64,000 nucleotides of DNA from Amoebidium appalachense (taxonomy: Eukaryota; Protista; Ichthyosporea), in NCBI GenBank assembly GCA_963693365.1, contig CAVNZM010000010.1, positions 3,348,001-3,412,000 of the forward strand, in the 5' to 3' direction. The notes beneath the pieces are model-generated. The model saw only the letters and a program-made list of their open reading frames with translations, was not told the origin of the DNA and ran no database searches. A program made the position numbers and the translations under genes. This document shows, piece after piece, positions 33,411-57,452 of this stretch (position 1 is the stretch's first letter; each line of letters opens with the position of its first letter).

Positions 33411-34368
33411 AAGCGCTTATACGCTGCATGCGTCTGTGTCCTTTTATGCACTTTCTTTTCTAAAATGACATCGTTGGTTGCCTTTGTACGGCTTCCAATC
33501 CTTACCCCCTGCCTCCTCCCTCCCCCCCCCCCCCCCCCCCTTTTTTTCCCCTTGACTAAATCGAAATTGTTCGCTCTTGATGGCTGGCTGGGCACCCATC
33601 GGATGATGCTCTCTGTTACATACTTTTATAATTTTTAGCATTATATGACATATCTGCATTACAAATCCTGTTGCAGACGTGTGCTTGGTGCTTGATACCA
33701 CGTTCTACCCCCCTCCCCCCCCCCCCCCCCCCCCCCCCCCCCCATCCCCCCCTCCTCCTTTCCCCCTCACTTCTTCCTACCCCCTCTCCCCTCTCCCTCA
33801 CTCTGCGCGTCCCTGTTCCTACTGTGTCCCCAAGTGTTTCTCTCGTTCCCTGTTCCGGTCCCCCCCCCCCCCCCCCCCCCCCCCCTCCCCCCGACGCCGT
33901 GGGTCACGGGCTATGTTCAACTATCTTCTGCCTGCATGCCTCGGTTACGTCTTTTATGTGGTTGCCATCTACGTGTTTACCTTTTTGTGTTTCTCTGTTA
34001 CGTGTTTATCTTTTATGTAATTTTTTAAAGTGTTTGTCTTTGAAGTGATGCCTTTATCGGTGTGACAACTTTGATTCCTTTGCTTCCAAGTTTGCCGCCC
34101 CCTAATTAGCATGACCCCCCCCTCCCCTCCCCCCCCCCCCCCCCCCCCCTTTTTTTTTTTTTTTCATCTCCCAACCTGCCCCCTGTCCTCCCCCTCTCCC
34201 CACTATTCCCCCTGTCTCCCCTTCCACACACTCCCCCCCCCCCCCCCCCCCCCCCATCCCCCCTCCCCTCCCTCCCTCCCTACCTTCCTCTCCCCCTCCC
34301 CCTTCTCTCCCCCTCTTTTCCCTTTCCCCTCCCACCCTCCCACCCCCTCCACCTCCACCTCCCCATCA

Positions 34369-34399
<31 letters not shown>

Positions 34400-34708
34400 C
34401 TCTTCTTTTTTCCCTGCATCACACTTCCCAGGATCCGCCCCCACAGGAACAGGCGTCGACACGGACGAACTTCTTCGCCGGACAATGACGATGAAAACGA
34501 AACTGGGTTTTGCGCAAACGGCAATGGAGGAGTTTGGAAACGAACTTACGCGGAGGGGGGAGAGGAAGTTTGCTGAGAGCGCGGTGTTCATCGCAAATCA
34601 GGTGGTGTAGGGTGGGGGAGGGGGGGGGTGGGGGGGGATGTTGGGGTGGAAAGGAGGAGGGGGAGAAGGGGGTGGAAAGAAGGATTGGTCTAGATGGGTA
34701 GGGGGGAA

Positions 34709-34743
<35 letters not shown>

Positions 34744-35349
34744 AGGTGAGGGTGGGGAGAAGGCGGAGGGACGGAGGTGGTTGGTGGGAAAGAGGGGTGG
34801 GAGAAGGGGCAGAATGAAGAGTGGGTATGGGGGCAGCAGGGAAGGGGCAAAGGAAGCTTGCTGGGAGTTGCTGGCAAAATAGGTGGGTGTGGGAGGGGGA
34901 GAAGCGAGGGGCATGGGATAAACCGGGTAGGGGAAGGGGGAAGGGGGGAGTTGGGAGAGAGGGGGAGGGGGGGGGGGAGGGGGGAGGGGGGGGGAGATTG
35001 GTGATGGGTCGATGAATGGATGGGAGGAAATAAGAGGTGGTGTGGTTGTGGCAAAGAACACTGGGTGAAAGTTTTCTAGTGATTGGGGTATTTGGGAGGG
35101 AGGCTTGAAAGAACTAGTCTGGGCGCAGGTGCATGGGTGTGTGGCTTGTTTGAATGTATCTTTGTGTGTTGTGTGTGCGTGTGTGTGTGTGTGTGTGCGT
35201 GTTGTGTGTGTGCGTGTGTGTGTGTGCGCCTTTCTCTCTGTCTCTCTTCCCTCTTCCCTCTTCTCTCTGTCGCTCGCTTTTTTTTTTTTTTTTTTTTTTT
35301 TTTTTTGAGGAGGGTGGGGGTGTGGGGGATGCGTGCATGTTTGTGGGGA

Positions 35350-35388
<39 letters not shown>

Positions 35389-35421
35389 TGGGAGGGCAGC
35401 ACGCATGGAACATCTTGTGAT

Positions 35422-35453
<32 letters not shown>

Positions 35454-35467
35454 CTCCCTCCCCTCCC

Positions 35468-35499
<32 letters not shown>

Positions 35500-35736
35500 T
35501 TTCCCACTCCTCCCTCTTAACCCCGACACGGTGATGTGCTTCCTTTAATTGCCCATTGTCTGCCTGTTTATGCTTGGTCTCACTGGGGTGCATTTTGTTT
35601 GTTTTCTTTCTTTCTCTCCTTTTTTTTCTTTTTTTCTTTTTTTTTTTTCTGGTTCCGTTCCTCTCTCCCTCGACCTTCGAATCACACATCATCCCTCCCC
35701 CCCCGCCCTCCTCCCCCCCCCCCGGGGAGGGGGGTC

Positions 35737-35783
<47 letters not shown>

Positions 35784-36355
35784 CACACACACAAAAACAC
35801 ACACACAAACACAACACACAACCACAACACATGCACCACCCACACCTTCCCTACCTTTGACCTTTCCACGTGAAATGTATAATCCCCCTTGTCCCTTAGA
35901 ATTTGCGCATGCGCATGCACACACACACACGCGCGCGCGCGCGCCCACACACACACACACACACATACACCTGCATACACATGCGCAGGGCTGTTCTGTC
36001 TGTCTCCGGGCTCCCTTCTGTTCTCCTCTTTATGCATCCCTCTGCATCGCGTAGTCTGTCGTGAGTGTGCACTTCGTATTCTGACACATCCCTCCCCCCC
36101 GAGGATGGGCTCTGCTTATGACGCATACTGTGCGCATGGCTGATGCTGCATACTTGAATGTTTGCCTTTGCATGTGTCCTGCACCATGCTTCTCATCGTG
36201 TATGCGTACTTCGTACTGTGTTCCGCATTCAAACCCCCCCCCCCCCCCCCCCCCCCTCTCCCCCCCCCTCCCTGCACACACATACACACGATGTCTTCAT
36301 GGTGTTGTCCTGTTGTCCACTATAAATGCGTACACACACTCATACACACGCATAT

Positions 36356-36451
<96 letters not shown>

Positions 36452-36824
36452 CTTCCTCTTCGTCTTTTTCTATTCCTTGTCATGCGCCTCCAGAATCTAG
36501 AAACCCAAAACTTGTGTATCTGCACACACACACACACACACGTCTGCGCTCCCGCACGCGACCCATTACACTGAAACTTGCCGTACATGTACCTGTACAC
36601 ACATGTTCACCCCACACTCACATATATTGGCACACGCTTATATGTACCCGTACGGGGACATGCACACCCACACTTGCGCGTATACATACATCCGCACTGT
36701 CATGTCCCGGTTTACACAATCACACTTGCACACACACACACACACACATACTTACAACCCCCCCTCCCACCCCCTCCCACATACATACACTTACCCTCCC
36801 CCCTCCCCCCCCCCAAACCCCCTC

Positions 36825-36877
<53 letters not shown>

Positions 36878-37131
36878 ACACGCTGTTGAAACAAAGTATG
36901 GGTTGGGAACCACGTGCGAGAGGTTAAAGAGTCGAAACCCATGCTGTTGTGGAGGCATAGGAACCCCCCTGATGATGGGCTCTGTTCAAGTGTCTTCTGC
37001 CTGCACGCTTCAATTATTTTGATTTTGGACTTCCCGCTTTTGTGACGTTTTGTTGATGCTCGTTGTTGTCTCCTCCATATTTCCAACCCTCTAACGCATA
37101 CATCACCCCCCCACCCCCACCACCACCACCA

Positions 37132-37173
<42 letters not shown>

Positions 37174-39134
37174 ACACGTACACGTACACGCATACACACA
37201 CACACACACAGATCAAACTTCTCGAGGACGACTACAGTGGCAGCGCCAACCACCGCCGCTTCCACCCCGTCACCCTCCGCTGGGCACGCTCTTTCATCCG
37301 GCGGGCGAGGCCCGCCTACCTCGCCATGCGGGCACTCGAAGTCGTTCGCCTACCCGCCCTGAGCCGCGTGCAGGACTGGACGAAGCAGGAGGAAAAGAGG
37401 AAGAAGGAGAGAGAGGAAGCGCTAAGGCAGAGTCAAGACAGGGAGGAAGCAGATAGGTTGCTACAGCAAGCGGGAATAACGCCCTTTGTTATCCCCGGTC
37501 AGAGACAACAACAACAACAACAAGCACAAGAGAACGGCGAAGCACAACAAGCGCAAACACAGCCGCGGGAAGGGGCGGTGGCGGCGGCGGCGGGAGCAGG
37601 GAACGTGAATTCGGAAAGTGAAAACGTGGAGGAAGGATTACGCCCGTTGGTTGTGGGGAGAAACGCCGGCGCTAATGCGAACGTGAATGCGAGCAGAAAT
37701 GAGACGCAAACGGCGGGGGTAAACGTTGGCGAGATGGGTCGATTGGCGGACGGGTCGGCCAGACCCGAAACCGTGGCGGCGGCGGCGGCGGCGGCAGCAG
37801 CCCCGGCGGCGGTGGGGGGAGGTTTGGCGGCTGGTGGATCTGTGGGTGTTGGCCGGTCCCGGCCCGGACCGGTTCCCGGGCCCCTGCCGCCCCTCGAGTC
37901 GCACTGGCACTCTGGTATGCGTCGGCTGGCGCTCCACACGTACTCGGAGGACTTTTTTGATAGCGAAGACGAAGAAAAAGCGATTAGGGAGATGGAGGAG
38001 AAGGAGAAACAACAGGCGTTGAGACGGGCAATGAAGAAACGGGAACTGAGAAAGATGAGGGCGGAACAACGGATGGAGGAGAGGAAGATTGCTATAGAAA
38101 ATTGGCTGGAGGAGAAAAGGAAGGCGGAGGCTGAAGGGAGGGACCCGCCTCTTTTCCCGCTGGCGTACATTCCGACGCAGTTTGCGTCGCTCGTGCTCGG
38201 CCCGAACGGGGAGAGGCCGACGCTCCCCGTGCATAAGAGGGGGAGGAGGAGGAGGGTGGAGGGGGTCACGGACACGGACACGCAGACAGACGGAGAGAGC
38301 AGCGAACCGCCAAAGAAGAAAAAAGCGCCGTCAAAACCGAAACCGAAAACGGGAACCGCCGCCGTCGCCGCCGGGGACGTAACGGGAGAAAGCGGAACGA
38401 CGGCAGGAGCGAAAATGAAATCGAAAACGAAAACGAACGAAGGTGGTACGGAGGGGACGGCCTCAAAAGGCGCCAATCTGAAACGGTCGTCCAACGGGCA
38501 ATTCCTCCCCAAGTACAAACCCGCCCAGCCCCCTGCCGGCGCGCCCGATTCCGATTCGCTCGCGGCGTCCGCACCACCCTTGAAAAGGTCGAAAACGGCG
38601 CAAGAGGCTAACATGGCGCCGGACATTCCGCCTCTTGAAACTAATCGGCCCACCGGCCAATCGAAATCTGCGGCTAAAGCGAAAGGCAGCGCGAACGCAA
38701 AGGGTGCGCACGCCCCTGCACCCACCCCTACCCCCACTTCCGGGCCAGGGACGGGTTCCGTGGGAGCGTTGCCGCCATTGGCGCAGACTGATCGCGCGCG
38801 CAGCGGCGGCGCCCAATCGGATTATTCGATGCCATTTAACACGGGCGGTTCATTGGTCGGTAATTATAGCGGCGGGTATACGGGTCTGTACGGGTTCCAG
38901 AGCACCGATTCTTACGCTTTGCCCTCCTACCAGCAGAGATCGAACTCGGCGACGAATCAGGCGCATGGGTTCGTGACACAGGCCCAATCAGGTGTCTCGC
39001 AACAGGGTGCGGCACGGGTCGGGAGCCAGTCACGTCAGTCGCAGCAGCATCAACAACAGCAGCAACAGCATCAGTATTTTGGTGGGCAGGGGGGTGGGGT
39101 GTTTGGGTTTGGGGGCGGTGGTTCGTATTTGTGA
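31458..39134 (+). CDS. ~1170 aa protein containing a P-element/THAP9 transposase-like pre-catalytic region in long low-complexity sequence; one frameshift near 31722
   Basis: Exons 31458-32893, 34432-34601 and 37212-39134 join in phase. The junction reads FIANQ|IKLLEDDYSGSANHRRFHPVTLRWARSFIRRARPAYLAMRALEVVRLPALSRVQDW, matching the R-W/F-H-P..RW..AY..LR..LP..L..W/Y motif that precedes the RNase H fold in P-superfamily transposases. One extra A (GATGATAAATGAAGCC) separates the acidic N-terminus from the main frame. Confidence 0.7.
36103..36238 (+). repeat. Dispersed ~135-bp repeat, near-identical to the reverse complement of 62694-62827
   Basis: GGATGGGCTCTGCTTATGACGCA...GTACTTCGTACTGTGTTCCGCATTCAAA occurs in introns of two unrelated genes, in each case on the host sense strand. 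Confidence 0.9.
36891..36983 (+). ncRNA. Putative non-circularly permuted hammerhead ribozyme, copy A
   Basis: AGUAUGGGU-U-GGG ... AGAGUC-GAAA-CCCAUGCU ... CCC-CUGAUGA-UG-GGCUCU. Stem III 36895-36903/36937-36945, stem I 36905-36907/36966-36968, stem II 36928-36933/36978-36983; predicted cleavage after GUU at 36904. Confidence 0.55.
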
Positions 39135-39245
39135 ATGTGGTATGCTGGTCACTCCGTGGATAGTGGGTGGTGTGTGATGCGGTTTTGGTGGTTTGTATTT
39201 TTCTTTTTTTCTTTTCTTCTTTTCTTCTTTTCTTACATTTTCTTC

Positions 39246-39279
<34 letters not shown>

Positions 39280-39289
39280 GCCCCCGAAA

Positions 39290-39333
<44 letters not shown>

Positions 39334-40304
39334 CTGCTGGTTGCATTACATATGACTTTTTATCTTCCTTTATCATGCAAGTGATTTTGAAAGAGTTGGT
39401 AATAGTGTTTTGAAGCAGTCCAAGCCATCGTGTATGCTACACTACTCTTCCGAACACGTATACGTACACACACACGCGCGCGCGCGCGACATACTTCCTA
39501 CTACTGCATCATGTACGGGCACTACTCTGGTAATATGCAGGTTCTTTTTTTTTTTTTTTTGCCCCTGCTATTTTTCAAATGCGAGGGCAAGACCGTTATT
39601 TGGAATGAATGAATGCACGTGTTCTCGTAAGGAAACAAAGGTATAATTGTTATCATACAACTTCAGTCGCTGTGAAGTGAAAATACACCCGGATCATTAA
39701 GTGATTCTATCTTTGTTCGAACTGGTTGGGTTACACGTACATTTATTCTAGAGAAGTCGATTGGGAGCACTGCCCCTCACGTTACACATATTGGCATGCT
39801 CCGTTTTTCTTTGCACGGCCACACAAACATTAAAAGAGAGATCTCATCCGCAGCCGGGCAGCTGCTGCCAGCTTAAATACAAAAGTTGGTGCACTTGTCC
39901 TACACTGGGGCCTATGTACCCTAAGAGTATGTTGTCAGCGGCTATATCATGATCATCTTATTAAGAATCCTTGGACCTGACTACGTAAACACACCAACGT
40001 TAGTAAACCTGTACGATGGTCATAAGCTGAAATGAAAGAAAAAGGGTGCTTTGAGGGCACGTACGGCTTTTTGAAGTGAGTTTACGTAAATCCAGATACT
40101 AACCCCCCCCCCCCCCCCCCCCCCTTTGAATTCCGCTGTGTCGTGAACTGCTTTGACCTTCGAAGATTCAACTGTGGTACTACAATGTCATCCTAATTAG
40201 CAATGCACACTCTCTGAATCCGATCAATTGCTTGCGCATGCCAGCTTGCCAACTGAATTTTGGCAGGCCTTGGGATCATCGGGTGGGGTAGGGATTCAAC
40301 AAGA

Positions 40305-40328
40305 AACCCCTTATTGGGAACCCTCCCG

Positions 40329-40371
<43 letters not shown>

Positions 40372-40739
40372 GGAACGTTGACAGGAAAACCTACTTGGGA
40401 CAACCACATAGGAGACAAGAAAAATTACTTGGGAACCCCCCCCCTCCCCCTCCCCCCCCCCAACAGGAACAAGAAAGACCACTTGGGACCCCCTCCCTCA
40501 CGGGAACAAGAAAAGTGACCCCCCCCCCCTCCCCCCCCTCCCCCAATAACAAGAAAAACCGTGACATGGGACCCCCCTCCCTCCCGGGGGAACAAGCCCC
40601 TCCCCCCTCCCCCCAGGGAACAGGAACCACTGGCAGCTCTCTCCCCCTCCTCCTCTCCTCCCCCCTCCCCAAACACACACACACACACACACACATCTAC
40701 ACACACACCAAGGGTACACGAAAATCCACCATATGGGAG

Positions 40740-40791
<52 letters not shown>

Positions 40792-40905
40792 TCCCCCTCC
40801 CCCAACCCCAACCCCAGGCAACAGGAAAGCCACTTGTGATCCCCCAGACACAGAAAGAACCACTTTGGACACCCCGGGCCCCCGGAAACATGAAAATTCA
40901 TTCGC

Positions 40906-40939
<34 letters not shown>

Positions 40940-40965
40940 AAACAAGATATCTACAACCACTTGCG

Positions 40966-40999
<34 letters not shown>

Positions 41000-41077
41000 C
41001 CCCGGAACAAGAAAAATCACTTGGCCTCCCTCCCCCCTCCCCTCCCGCGGAAGCAAGAACCCCCCCTCCCCCCCACC

Positions 41078-41108
<31 letters not shown>

Positions 41109-41412
41109 ACCACCACCACCCCTTGACCAAGGGAAGAAGAAAAACTACTCAATTGCAAATGGAGCCCATCTCCCAGGAACACGAAGTACCAATTGGGACC
41201 CACCGGGGCTTCCCCCCTCCTCTCCTCCCTCCCCAAGGAACAAGAAACACCACTTAAAGCCCTCGCCTCCCCCTCCCCCCCCCCCCCCCCCCCTCCCCCC
41301 CCCCCCCCTTCCCCCCCCTCCCCCCCCCCCCCCCCTGCCCCTTTCCCTTCACTAGGGAACAAGAAAGACCACTTGGGGCCCGCCTCCCTCCCTCCCCCCA
41401 CTTGGGGCCCGC
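40305..41412. repeat. Degenerate minisatellite: ~19 GGAACAAGAAAGACCACTTGGG-like units separated by poly-C tracts
   Basis: Best copies near 40465, 41004, 41236 and 41354; the rest are variants with indels. Confidence 0.75.
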
Positions 41413-41437
41413 CTCCCTTCCTCCCCCCCCCTCCCCC

Positions 41438-41468
<31 letters not shown>

Positions 41469-41539
41469 ACAAACCCCTCCAAGGCCTTATCGCCTCACTG
41501 CCCCTTATGTCCCCCCCCGGCCCCCCGTAATTCCGTACT

Positions 41540-53440
<11,901 letters not shown>

Positions 53441-53634
53441 GATAAGCGTGATATATTAATACATATAGGTAGCTATGCATATGTTGGAGCAAAAGTTAGA
53501 ATTCGGGGTTACTCTGGAAATCTCGCTGACAGCGTATTGTGTATGTTTGAATTTGATTCGTATAGAGCTGTACTGTATACCGTGTGAATAACAACTTTGT
53601 ACATGACCACCTTCAACTTGGAAGTCCTCCCCTG

Positions 53635-53666
<32 letters not shown>

Positions 53667-54126
53667 TTCCCCCCCCCCAAAGCCACCACCACCGGTACCT
53701 CTCTCTCTCTCCCAGTAATCCACCACCCCCCCCCCCCCCCCCCCCCCCCCATCCCTCTATGATTGCCAATCCATTTGGATTTACTCAATTCGAACATGGA
53801 TTCAGAGTCTGGAATTGCTCCACAGCTGATCAACTTGAAGGCCATTGTTAACGTTCCGTGAACCGTTACTAAAGAAATATGTGGATGTGTGAACAGAGAG
53901 GGAAAGGAGAGGGAGCTCGGAAAGCTTGGGACCCGCCGGGGGAAGAGAGGGGGGAGGGGAGGGGGCGGGGGAGGGAAAGAGCGAGTCGTGAGCTGCAAGA
54001 GAGGCCTTTCTCTCAGGCACTCCCGCTCTCTCGCTCTCTCGGAGACTCTCTAGAGAGAGAGGATAAAGAGAGAGAGAGCGTGTGAGAGAGAGAGCTAGAG
54101 AGAGAGAGGGAGGGGGGGGGGGGGGG

Positions 54127-54184
<58 letters not shown>

Positions 54185-54396
54185 GGTCTGAGAGGGTCTC
54201 GACATTGAGGGGAGGGAGCTCCAAAGAAATTTATAACTTATACTTGCTTTCATTGCTTTATTGGCTCGACTCACACTACACAATACCGGATCGAAGCGTC
54301 CCAAAATACACAAACCCGGCCCGGCCCACTGGACCGAATCCACTAGAAGCTACTGCTACCGAGGGAGCACACACCCCCAGACACACACACACACAC

Positions 54397-54431
<35 letters not shown>

Positions 54432-54501
54432 ATGCCCGTGTGCAGATATCTATGTTATGTGCGTCTGCGCGCGCAGGCGTGTGTGTGGTGTGCGCGTGCG
54501 C

Positions 54502-54610
<109 letters not shown>

Positions 54611-54667
54611 GAAATAAGCTTGAAAGCTCCAACGGGGAAAGAAAGTATGTGCAGGCGGGAGGGCGGG

Positions 54668-54839
54668 CGATGAGAGAGGAGGCGACGGGAAATATGCTAA
54701 TAGACGACCGATCTAAGATCGGCTTATATACCCATAAGCCTCCTCTACCAGGCCGCTGATTGCCACATAACCATTGTGGCCCAATCAGACGGCCGAAGAA
54801 TAAGTTAATAAATGGAATTGTCCAATCAATTCAGACATT
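54668..54839 (-). repeat. A2 direct repeat (~172 bp) of the YR element
   Basis: Near-identical to 57098-57276. Confidence 0.92.
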
Positions 54840-54970
54840 CATAACTTATACTTGCTACCTACGTCCACTATATACGAATTTTTGCACGACAACTAAACCC
54901 ACTAGATTAATGTCGATCAAAATTCACCACACTTTACATAATATACATACAGTACATTTTCGAGCACAGT

Positions 54971-55953
54971 TTACGACAGTCGCACAGGGTCCAACTCGCG
55001 CAGGTCGCTGAAGTACTCGTGGTCATCGGCGGTAGGGCAGTGGCCCAACCCGTAGTTGTCCTCAGGGGTTTGGCCGGTGAGGTCCCACACCCCCAGGTGC
55101 TTGATGACTGCAAAGGGGATGCCGATTGCACGAGCAGCGCCGACCATGCTGTGACGGAGGCAGTGCCAGGTGATGCCGGTAGCCAGGGCGGGCCGAGGGC
55201 CTGCACCGCGCTGCGCAGCCAGCTGACGGCCTTGGTAGCGTTGGGGCACGGCAGGAGGGGGCTGGTGGGCTGCCGGACGTGCGCGCAGGTACGCAGTAAC
55301 AGCTGTGCGCACATGGGGGGAACCATGCGGTGGCGCACAGGGGGCCGAATCTGCTTGCCAGCTGCCTGCTTGATGGTTCGAAAGGTCAGGTGGAGGCGTC
55401 GGGCTCCAGTGGGGATGGGGTCCCCCCAGGTCAGGTCCCCCACCTGTACTGCAGCAGCGGTGCTCCACCGTAGGCCAAACAGGTTGCTCAACAGCACCCC
55501 CGCTAGCCAGCGGTCACCGTCGGGGTCCTGCCAGCACAGCTGTGCGATGAGCAGGCCGGTGACCCAGGGTGCGTCAAACCGTTTTGGGTCGGGCGGGGTG
55601 GCGGTGGTGGTCTGGTGGGCCCTGCCGTAGGACTTCTTGATGGTTACAAGGATGGCCGGGTCCAAATAGGGAATGTGCCACAGCAGGTGTACCTGGCGCA
55701 CTGCCAGGGCGGCAAACTTGCAGTCTAACGTGCTGGGGTGGTACGGGCGCGCTAGCAGGTGAGCCGCATAAGCCAAAGCTACGTGTTCGGTAAGGGGCCA
55801 GGCTGCGAACTCGTGGGTGGTGCAAAAGGTGAGGTACTGGGTCACGTCGGCTTGATATGCGCGCCACGTGTTTGCACTGAGGAGCTGCTCCCCAGCTGCT
55901 GGCCAGTGGGGCGCAGGTTGACAGGCAGTGACGAAATTACCGCCGCACGCCAC
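54971..55953 (-). CDS. Tyrosine recombinase of DIRS-order type, broken by single-base frameshifts (~55190, ~55890)
   Basis: N-terminal core-binding-like helix NTWRAYQADVTQYLTFC, then catalytic residues in the right order: FGLR (R), RTIK (K), TWHCLRH (HxxR), HLGVW (W) and EDNY (Y). A Pro-rich frame (56345-55890) probably extends it at the N-terminus. Confidence 0.85.
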
Positions 55954-56319
55954 TCGCTAAACACCCCCACGGTGGCAGGGGGGTCTGGTGGCCGGGGGAG
56001 CTTGCTGGGGCGGCTGCACGGGGGAGGGGGGCTTTGGACTCGCTCAGGCTGTGGTTCCAAGGGGAGGGGTGCTGGGCCCCCTTCCCAGGGAGGGTCGCCG
56101 ATGGGAACGCCCGTGGGAGCTGGTGGTGGTTGAGGCGCGGGGGGAAGCACGCCGCCACCACTTGCGGGGGGAGCCGGCTCGGCGGGAGCTGGCACCGGGG
56201 CGGGGCCGGTAGACGCCGGCCCCGGGTACAAGTTGAATACCCAATTGGGGTGGACACCCACCCTTGACGCCCCCTTGTAAGGCCCGCTGCCTACGCGACA
56301 GGGGCCGGAAACCGCAAAC

Positions 56320-56934
56320 TTAGTTGCGGCCGGCGCCAGACCCACTGCTGGCGCCGGTGTTGGACTTCACCACGGTCTTGTTGTCATTTTGGTTGCCCGC
56401 ACGGGCGGTGCGTGTAGCGAGGTTGACCTCTGCCTCTTTCTTCCTTGCGTCGCCCATTGCGCGGCCCCAGCGTTCAGAAAGAACAGGGTAATACTCACGC
56501 TCCATGTGGGCGCGGGCCAGCTCGGCAAAGGCAGCACCCTCTGTGGCGCGGATATACTGGTAGTGCACACGGTCGGAGAGGGACACAGCGACATCGGCGA
56601 TTGCACCCTTGAGCTCTGCAATGCGTCCTTGGTAGAACTGCTCCGCGGGTTCAGGCACTGGGGCGCCGTTTTCGCCGGGGAACTGCCGACGCTGGAACGC
56701 GCAGTCGTTGTGCATTGCATCGATGAGGCTGCAGAGTGCCCCGATGGTAACCCCGTTCTCCTCGAGCACGTGTTTGTTGGCCTTGGAAGGGATCCAGGGC
56801 AGTAGGTCGGCTGGGATGCGCCGGGGACCGTTGGGCATAGGGTACTCCGTCACCCATGGTAAGGTGGGTGCCAGAGTTGGGTGCCGCTCTGCAAAGGCAT
56901 GTCTAGGGAACTTGAGCAATGGGCAGTCCGGCAT
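56320..56934 (-). CDS. ORF1 of the YR element, 204 aa, putative gag-like protein
   Basis: ATG-initiated open frame in GC-rich non-repetitive DNA just downstream of the A1 promoter, with a Gly/Ser-rich tail. Gag identity is inferred from position only. Confidence 0.6.
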   Translation of the reverse strand: MPDCPLLKFPRHAFAERHPTLAPTLPWVTEYPMPNGPRRIPADLLPWIPSKANKHVLEENGVTIGALCSLIDAMHNDCAFQRRQFPGENGAPVPEPAEQFYQGRIAELKGAIADVAVSLSDRVHYQYIRATEGAAFAELARAHMEREYYPVLSERWGRAMGDARKKEAEVNLATRTARAGNQNDNKTVVKSNTGASSGSGAGRN

Positions 56935-57097
56935 CCCCCAGGTCTGCCGAAGGCGCTGCGGGCGTGACTCGCGGGTGTCCGAATCCCCAGTGACGGGGGT
57001 GCGCGCTTATATTGCTCGAAAATAACGTTCATGGTGAAGTTCTAAAAGGGTGACCTACCCTAAACAAAGCGTGAACGAGCCTCACCAACGTTGTCTC

Positions 57098-57276
57098 CGA
57101 TGAGAGAGGAGGCGCCGGGGAATATGCTAATAGACGACGGTCACCGATCTAAGGTCAGCTTATATACCCATAAGCCTCCTCTACCAGGCCGCTGATTGGC
57201 CACATAACCATTGTGGCCCAATCAGACAGCCGAAGAATAAGTTAATAAATGGAATTGTCCAATCAATTCAGACATT
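57098..57276 (-). repeat. A1 direct repeat with internal Pol II promoter motifs
   Basis: Three CCAAT/ATTGG motifs followed on the minus strand by GGGTATATAAG, oriented toward ORF1. Confidence 0.9.
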
Positions 57277-57396
57277 GCCGGAGGAGGGAGGGGGGGGGGG
57301 GGGGGGAGGGGGGAGGGGAGGGGGGGAGGAAGGGGGGGGGGGGGGGGGGGGGGGGGGGCATTTGCGTCATGCATGGGCCCATAGTGTCTAAATGTG

Positions 57397-57452
<56 letters not shown>

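Noticed and set aside
36103-36150. Box C/D snoRNA reading of the dispersed repeat (TGAGGA..CTGA)
   Set aside because: The boxes are too close, there is no terminal stem, and copy A lacks the D box; the hammerhead model explains the covariation better.
37499-38737. 412 aa minus-strand ORF
   Set aside because: Antisense shadow of the GC-rich plus-strand exon 37212-39134.
40305-41412. CRISPR-like repeat-spacer appearance
   Set aside because: Units are degenerate, spacers are poly-C, there are no cas genes, and the context is eukaryotic.
54668-57276. Conventional LTR retrotransposon or Crypton
   Set aside because: No TG..CA ends, PBS/PPT, TSD or DDE integrase; long split repeats plus ORF1 do not fit a Crypton.
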